From: Candidatus Rifleibacteriota bacterium
Lineage (GTDB): Bacteria; Muiribacteriota; Ozemobacteria; Ozemobacterales; Ozemobacteraceae
Direction: 5' to 3'
Assembly (NCBI GenBank): GCA_905236675.1
Contig: CAJOND010000051.1
Location: 1 to 20,667 of the forward strand
DNA length: 20,667 bases
Part shown: one piece after another, positions 15,712-20,667 of the stretch
Layout of the letters: every line of letters begins with the position of its first letter
Position numbering within the stretch: the stretch's first letter is position 1
Notes under the pieces: generated by a model
Told to the model about the DNA's origin: nothing
The model's input: only the letters and a program-made list of their open reading frames with translations
Databases searched by the model: none
Made by a program: the position numbers and the translations under genes

Positions 15712-17412
15712 ATGAGTATAAAATTGCAAAATCAATGCTTTGAAACAGGCATTATTGGTTCTTCAGGAACCTCTGTCGCTCGTTGCTATGTTTTCCAAAA
15801 ACGCATAGAAGTAGAGCGACGTTCCATTACAGAAGAACAAATAGCTGATGAAATAAAAAGACTTGATTTTGCAATTAAAAAGACTGCTGACGACATACAA
15901 AACTTCCGCAAAAGAGCAGAAGAACGTCACGGTGAAAAATATGCCGCAATATTTGATTCCCACTTATTAATGCTAGAAGACCCTCAATTTAAGCCCAAAT
16001 TAATCGCACGAATGGAAAAAGATAAAATAAATATTGAAAGTGCGGTTAGGGAACGAATAGATGAAATTCATAAAAGTTTTTCAGCTATCGCAGACCCTTA
16101 TTTACGAGAAAGGGCCATAGACATAAAAGATGTTGGCGATAGACTATTACGACATTTATTAGGTTTGGAAGAACCTGGAGACGATATAGACAATAAACCC
16201 TATATACTTATTGCTCAAGAAGTAACCCCAAGCGAATTGTTAAATTTTACTCGAGGTGAACTTAGAGGAATATGCTTAGATACTGGTGGAGCTACTTCTC
16301 ATGTTGCAATTCTTTCTGACGCATTAGGTATTCCTTCTATATTCGGATTAAATGATTTCTCCGAAAAGGTTTCTACAGGCGATATTTTACTTATGGATAC
16401 CAGAACAACTCCCAAAATAATAGTCAATCCCAAATCAGATGTAATAATTGCCTTTGAAGATAGCTTAGAAAAAAACAATTTTTCATCAAAAAAATCAGAA
16501 ACTACTGCAGATGGAATAGAATTACATATAGGAGCTAATGTAGCCCGAGTCGAAGAAATACCCGTATTGCAAAAACTTTGTGTTAAAAATATCAGCCTTT
16601 TCAGAAGTGAATTTGTTTTTATGGAAAGTCTTGACTCTCCGTCAGAAAAATACCAGACCGAAGTCTATACCCAGTTAGTAAAAGGAGTTACAGGAACAGT
16701 TGTTTTAAGAACCTTAGATGTAGGTTCAGATAAACCATTAAAATACCTGCCTTTAAACGATGAAAATAATCCTGCCATGGGCTTTAGGTCGGTCAGATTT
16801 TCTATTTCCAGACCAGATGTTTTAGAACCCCAATTAAGAGCAATGATTAATGCAGCACAGCACGGAAATGTTAAAATAATATTCCCAATGGTTTCTGTTC
16901 CATCTGAATTAAAAAAGATTTCCGAATTATTTAATAAAGTTGTCGATGAATTAAAGCCCCAAAAGGTTCCTGAATGGGGAATAATGCTTGAAGTTCCATC
17001 GGCTGTTTTTATGCTTGAAGAAATATCAAAATATACAAAATACATTAGTCTTGGAACAAATGATCTGGTTCAGTTTTTCTTTGCAATAGACAGAACCAAT
17101 GAAAAATTGTCGGGCTATGCAGATTATTTATCTATGCCATTCTTAAAATTTTTAGAACAATGTGTAAATGAAGCAAATAGGCTTGGAATAGAAATTGGAG
17201 TCTGTGGCGAAATGGCTTCTGATCAAGCTGGTTTCGTTGCACTTTTAGGTCTGGGGATACAAAGTTTTGGTATGAGACCAGCAGTAATTGAAAAAATGAG
17301 AGAACTAATTCCAAATTTAAATAAAAAGAACATAAAAGGTTTTATCAAAAATATTATGAAACGTAACGAACAGATTAATGTCAGACAATTAATCGAATTA
17401 ACATATTTATAA
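15712..17412 (+). CDS. ptsI: PTS Enzyme I (phosphoenolpyruvate-protein phosphotransferase)
   Basis: 566 aa; GGATSHVAIL phospho-His motif; C-terminal PEP-utilizing domain with GVCGEMA; lies immediately after ptsH. Confidence 0.9.
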   Translation: MSIKLQNQCFETGIIGSSGTSVARCYVFQKRIEVERRSITEEQIADEIKRLDFAIKKTADDIQNFRKRAEERHGEKYAAIFDSHLLMLEDPQFKPKLIARMEKDKINIESAVRERIDEIHKSFSAIADPYLRERAIDIKDVGDRLLRHLLGLEEPGDDIDNKPYILIAQEVTPSELLNFTRGELRGICLDTGGATSHVAILSDALGIPSIFGLNDFSEKVSTGDILLMDTRTTPKIIVNPKSDVIIAFEDSLEKNNFSSKKSETTADGIELHIGANVARVEEIPVLQKLCVKNISLFRSEFVFMESLDSPSEKYQTEVYTQLVKGVTGTVVLRTLDVGSDKPLKYLPLNDENNPAMGFRSVRFSISRPDVLEPQLRAMINAAQHGNVKIIFPMVSVPSELKKISELFNKVVDELKPQKVPEWGIMLEVPSAVFMLEEISKYTKYISLGTNDLVQFFFAIDRTNEKLSGYADYLSMPFLKFLEQCVNEANRLGIEIGVCGEMASDQAGFVALLGLGIQSFGMRPAVIEKMRELIPNLNKKNIKGFIKNIMKRNEQINVRQLIELTYL

Positions 17413-17446
17413 AAGGCCTAAACGCAATTTTTGAATAGGAGCCAGC

Positions 17447-20164
17447 ATGAAATTTAATGGTTTAACAGATAAAGAAGTATTAGAAGCAAGAAAAAAATAC
17501 GGAAGCAATGTGATTCCTGATTCTGAACCAACAACATTCTGGGAAGAATTCTTAGAAACATTTTCTGACCCAATGATAAAAATATTACTGTTTATAGTCA
17601 TATTAATGACTATAATGTATTTTTTTGGCAAGTCAGCAATATATGAGCCTATTGGAACGGCAATTGCAATTCTTATCGTAGCTTTTGTTTCTGCTAAAAC
17701 CGGGGTTGCAAGCGACACAAAATATAGAGAACTTAAAGATAGCGTCAAAAAAGATACTTGTAAAGTTTATAGAAACGGTATCGTATCTGTTATAACCGTT
17801 GATGACGTAGTTGTTGGTGATAAAGTGCTATTGCAGGCTGGTGACAAAGTTCCAGCAGATGGAATATTGATTGATGGCTCTATTTCTGTTAATAATGCTG
17901 TTTTAAATGGAGAAGCAGAAGAATGTTATAAAGATGCAGCAACAGAAGCTTTGGTTTTGAGTGATGAAATAACAGGAGACACTTTCGTAGACAAACATTC
18001 GGTATTCAGAGGTGCCGTATTGTTTGATGGCACAGGTGTCTTGGATGTTCAAAAAGTTGGATTAAAAACCATGATGGGCAAAATGGCTGAAACAATGCAA
18101 GCAGAACAGCCTGATTCCCCATTAAAAGTTAAACTGGCAAAATTAGCAAAACAGATTTCTAATTTCGGTTACATCGGTGGTATTTCTATAGTTCTAATCT
18201 ATATGATTTATTTCATAAAAATCGGTGGTGGCCTTGAAAAATACTTTTTTAATGATTGGTCTTTAATATTGGGCAATTTTTTGGAAGCATTTTCTCTAGC
18301 TGTTGTAATTATAGTTTGTGCCGTTCCTGAAGGTTTGCCTTTGATGATTTCTCTAGTTCTTATGCAAAATACAGGCAAAATGCTTGCACATAATGTATTG
18401 GTAAGAAAAGACGAAGGTATCGAAACAGCAGGTTCCTTGAATATTTTGTTTAGTGATAAAACTGGCACTATTACCAAAGGAATCTTAGAAGTTGTAGAAT
18501 TTTTCACTGCTGATGGAAAAACTATACCTCTAAATGAAATAAGGAATTATTATGAATTAGAAAAATTATTACATCTTTCGATTGGTAAAAACTCTTTATC
18601 AATGTTTGATGGTGAAGGCAGAGTTATAGGCGGTAACGCTACAGATCAGGCTTTAATGAATTTTATAGGCAAAAAATGCTATGACGAATTAAATAGTCAC
18701 AAAGATTATAATGTAGGTAGTTCTCAAGCATTTAATTCTGCCAATAAATTCAGCCAGGCTTATTTACCCGAACAAAAGAAAGTATTCTATAAAGGTGCTC
18801 CAGAAAGATTCTTGGCTGTAGCTAAAAAAGCATTAAACAATAAGGGCGAAGAAATAAATTTGAATATCGATGAGCTCAACAAAAAAATCGATTCTCTAGC
18901 GAACAATTCTATGAGAGTTTTGGCTTTTGGTTATTCAAAAAAAGAAATGACTCATAGTCAAATAAATGATGATGTTGTAATTATCGGGCTGCTAGGAATT
19001 AAAGACTCGGTTAGAGCAGAAGCAGTAGAAGCAATTGCTGCTGTAAAAAAAGCAGGTATTCAAGTTGTAATGATTACTGGCGATAGATTAGAAACAGCCG
19101 TAGCTATCGCTAAAGATGCTTCTCTTATTAATAACAACGATGATATAGCTTTAACTTCGATGCAGTTAAGCAAGATGTCTGATGACGAAGTTAAAGAAAT
19201 AATACCTAAAATTAGGGTTATTGCTCGCGCTTTACCAACAGATAAATCAAGAATGGTAAGACTTTGCCAGGAAAAGAATCTTGTAGTAGGTATGACAGGC
19301 GATGGAGTAAACGATTCTCCTGCTTTGAAACTAGCAGATGTTGGTTTTGCCATGGGCAGTGGAACAGAAGCAGCCAAAGAAGCTGGCGATATAGTTATTC
19401 TTGATGATAATTTTAAATCAATAAAAGATGCTATATGGTATGGTAGAACAATTTATAATAACATTTTAAAGTTCTGTCAGTTTCAGCTTGTAATCAATGT
19501 TGGTGCTGTTTTTGTGAGTACTATTGCTTTGTTTTTCAAAATAAACAAACCTTTAACTGTTGTCCACCTGCTTTTTGTAAATCTTGTTATGGATAGTCTC
19601 GGAGCCATAATGCTTGGAAATGAACCTGCCAAAGATTCTTATATGCTTGAAAAGCCGAGACAGAGAGATGAAAGCATTATTTCCCATTATATGCTGACAT
19701 ATATTATAATAATGGCAGTATGGTTTACTACTCTTAGTATACTTTTCTTGAAATCAAGCAATATACTAAGCAGTGACTTTTTAAATAGTTTAATGCCTGG
19801 AGCAGACGCTAAATCCATGGGTATTCAGATAGCTAGTGCTTATTTTGTATTGTTTATCTGGGCTGCATTATTCAACGGCTTTAATGTCAGAGATAAAGGT
19901 TTTAAAATCTTTGAAGGCCTAAATGAAAACAAAAGCTTCTTGCTTGTATTCTTTTATATTGTATTAATACAAGCTTTGATTATTAATGCTCAGTTATTAC
20001 CTTTTGAATGGGCTAAGAAAATCGGTGATATGTTCAGTTGTACACCTTTTTCTTGGCAGATGTGGCTCTATGTAATAATTCTTGCAACAAGCATGATTCC
20101 TGTAAACATGCTTTTAAAGGTTATTTTAAAAAACAAACCAGCTAATGAACAACCAGAAAACTGA
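17447..20164 (+). CDS. P-type cation-transporting ATPase, type II (Ca2+-ATPase-like)
   Basis: DKTGTIT phosphorylation motif, KGAPE, MITGD, GDGVNDSPALKLADVGFAMG, and a PEGLP motif in TM4 typical of Ca2+ pumps. AGGAG SD. Confidence 0.85.
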   Translation: MKFNGLTDKEVLEARKKYGSNVIPDSEPTTFWEEFLETFSDPMIKILLFIVILMTIMYFFGKSAIYEPIGTAIAILIVAFVSAKTGVASDTKYRELKDSVKKDTCKVYRNGIVSVITVDDVVVGDKVLLQAGDKVPADGILIDGSISVNNAVLNGEAEECYKDAATEALVLSDEITGDTFVDKHSVFRGAVLFDGTGVLDVQKVGLKTMMGKMAETMQAEQPDSPLKVKLAKLAKQISNFGYIGGISIVLIYMIYFIKIGGGLEKYFFNDWSLILGNFLEAFSLAVVIIVCAVPEGLPLMISLVLMQNTGKMLAHNVLVRKDEGIETAGSLNILFSDKTGTITKGILEVVEFFTADGKTIPLNEIRNYYELEKLLHLSIGKNSLSMFDGEGRVIGGNATDQALMNFIGKKCYDELNSHKDYNVGSSQAFNSANKFSQAYLPEQKKVFYKGAPERFLAVAKKALNNKGEEINLNIDELNKKIDSLANNSMRVLAFGYSKKEMTHSQINDDVVIIGLLGIKDSVRAEAVEAIAAVKKAGIQVVMITGDRLETAVAIAKDASLINNNDDIALTSMQLSKMSDDEVKEIIPKIRVIARALPTDKSRMVRLCQEKNLVVGMTGDGVNDSPALKLADVGFAMGSGTEAAKEAGDIVILDDNFKSIKDAIWYGRTIYNNILKFCQFQLVINVGAVFVSTIALFFKINKPLTVVHLLFVNLVMDSLGAIMLGNEPAKDSYMLEKPRQRDESIISHYMLTYIIIMAVWFTTLSILFLKSSNILSSDFLNSLMPGADAKSMGIQIASAYFVLFIWAALFNGFNVRDKGFKIFEGLNENKSFLLVFFYIVLIQALIINAQLLPFEWAKKIGDMFSCTPFSWQMWLYVIILATSMIPVNMLLKVILKNKPANEQPEN

Positions 20165-20185
20165 GCCAAGCTTTGCTTGATTGAA

Positions 20186-20215
20186 AAAACGCCTGATTAT
20201 ATCAGGCGTTTTTTC
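20186..20215 (+). terminator. Rho-independent terminator after the P-type ATPase
   Basis: aaacgcctgat-tat-atcaggcgttt followed by TTTTT. Confidence 0.8.
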
Positions 20216-20262
20216 GTAGTTGGTAGTCGGTTTTTGTCGTCCGCAAGTGGCGCTACTTCATA

Positions 20263-20287
20263 CCAAGGGCATCGCTGATGCCCTTGG
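20263..20287. repeat. Very stable GC-rich hairpin (11-bp perfect stem ccaagggcatc/gatgcccttgg, 3-nt loop)
   Basis: Seen directly; not followed by a T-run on either strand. Confidence 0.5.
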
Positions 20288-20370
20288 GGCTTATAGTATC
20301 GTCCTGTCGGACGAGTTCTTTTATAGAGTTCTAGCCCTAGGGTGTCTTCGACACCTAGGTTATTAATGTA

Positions 20371-20539
20371 ATGTCCTGCAGGAGCTTGTCCGAAAACCAG
20401 GTTTTTAGCCTAAAATTAGCTTATTCTAATTATTTTAAAATCCCCCTTAATCCCCCTTTACGAAAGGGGGTAAGGACAATTACCAGTGCACTAAAATTTT
20501 AGTGATTTTCTAGTTTTCGGACAACCTCCTGCCGGACAT
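20371..20539. repeat. TIR-bounded about 169-bp non-coding element (27-bp terminal inverted repeats, 25/27 matching) with internal palindromes; MITE-like or structured RNA
   Basis: Left arm atgtcctgcaggagcttgtccgaaaac (20371-20397) matches the reverse complement of gttttcggacaacctcctgccggacat (20513-20539). Internal hairpins are cccccttt-acg-aaaggggg and cactaaaa|ttttagtg. Confidence 0.45.
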
Positions 20540-20639
20540 ATTCTACGCTATCGCTAAATAAGGTCGACTTGTTGTGATAAACTAAAATTGTAACATTGTT
20601 GTCCGACAGATAAAATTATCGTAAGGAGTTAATTTATTA

Positions 20640-20667
20640 TGCCGCAACAATATGAACCAGAATTCAA
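20640..20667 (+). CDS. Start of an unidentified CDS (MPQQYEPEF...), truncated by the window end
   Basis: ATG with an AAGGAG SD 10 nt upstream; only 9 codons visible. Confidence 0.35.

Noticed and set aside
20216-20300. Possible tRNA or tRNA fragment (AGTTGGTAG D-loop-like string)
   Set aside because: No acceptor stem, anticodon stem-loop or T-loop (GTTCRANYC) can be drawn. It is more likely part of the palindromic repeat island.
1-20667. CRISPR array, rRNA, integrase/transposase genes
   Set aside because: There are no regularly spaced direct repeats with unique spacers, no rRNA-like conserved blocks, and no ORF with DDE/tyrosine-recombinase motifs. The only mobile-element-like signal is the non-coding TIR-bounded unit near 20.4 kb.

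Overview
This is a 20.7-kb, low-GC (about one-third GC), gene-dense bacterial chromosomal segment. I saw no rRNA, tRNA or CRISPR arrays. Reading 5' to 3', the first block is a promoter-proximal array of three TTGCA-N8-TGCAA palindromic sites in front of a Sec-secreted hypothetical protein. It is followed by a ClC-family chloride channel/antiporter. Converging on the ClC gene is a 431-aa acidic, Ser/Asn/Leu-rich low-complexity protein with a CCC motif, preceded by a tightly coupled 44-codon upstream ORF. Next come a small 2-TM protein plus an M48-like HExxH metallopeptidase, then a membrane protein with homopolymeric A tracts and an ankyrin-repeat protein on the minus strand. After these are an SPFH protein with a C-terminal triple zinc ribbon (COG4260-like), a roughly 160-nt polypyrimidine (CT) tract and a lipoprotein gene. 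From 9.9 to 17.4 kb lies a mannose-family PTS operon (unknown 152-aa gene, EIIA, EIIB, EIIC, EIID, HPr, EI). It is unusual in being interrupted between IIB and IIC by an orphan MalK/MsmX-type sugar ABC ATPase and a CUT1-type solute-binding lipoprotein with no permease genes, and by an internal terminator-like hairpin. A P-type Ca2+-ATPase follows EI without an intervening terminator. The last 450 nt form a GC-enriched, hairpin-dense non-coding island that includes a 27-bp-TIR-bounded, MITE-like or structured-RNA-like element, just upstream of a gene start at the window edge. All protein calls rest on motifs recognised by eye and on the supplied ORF track. No database searches were run.
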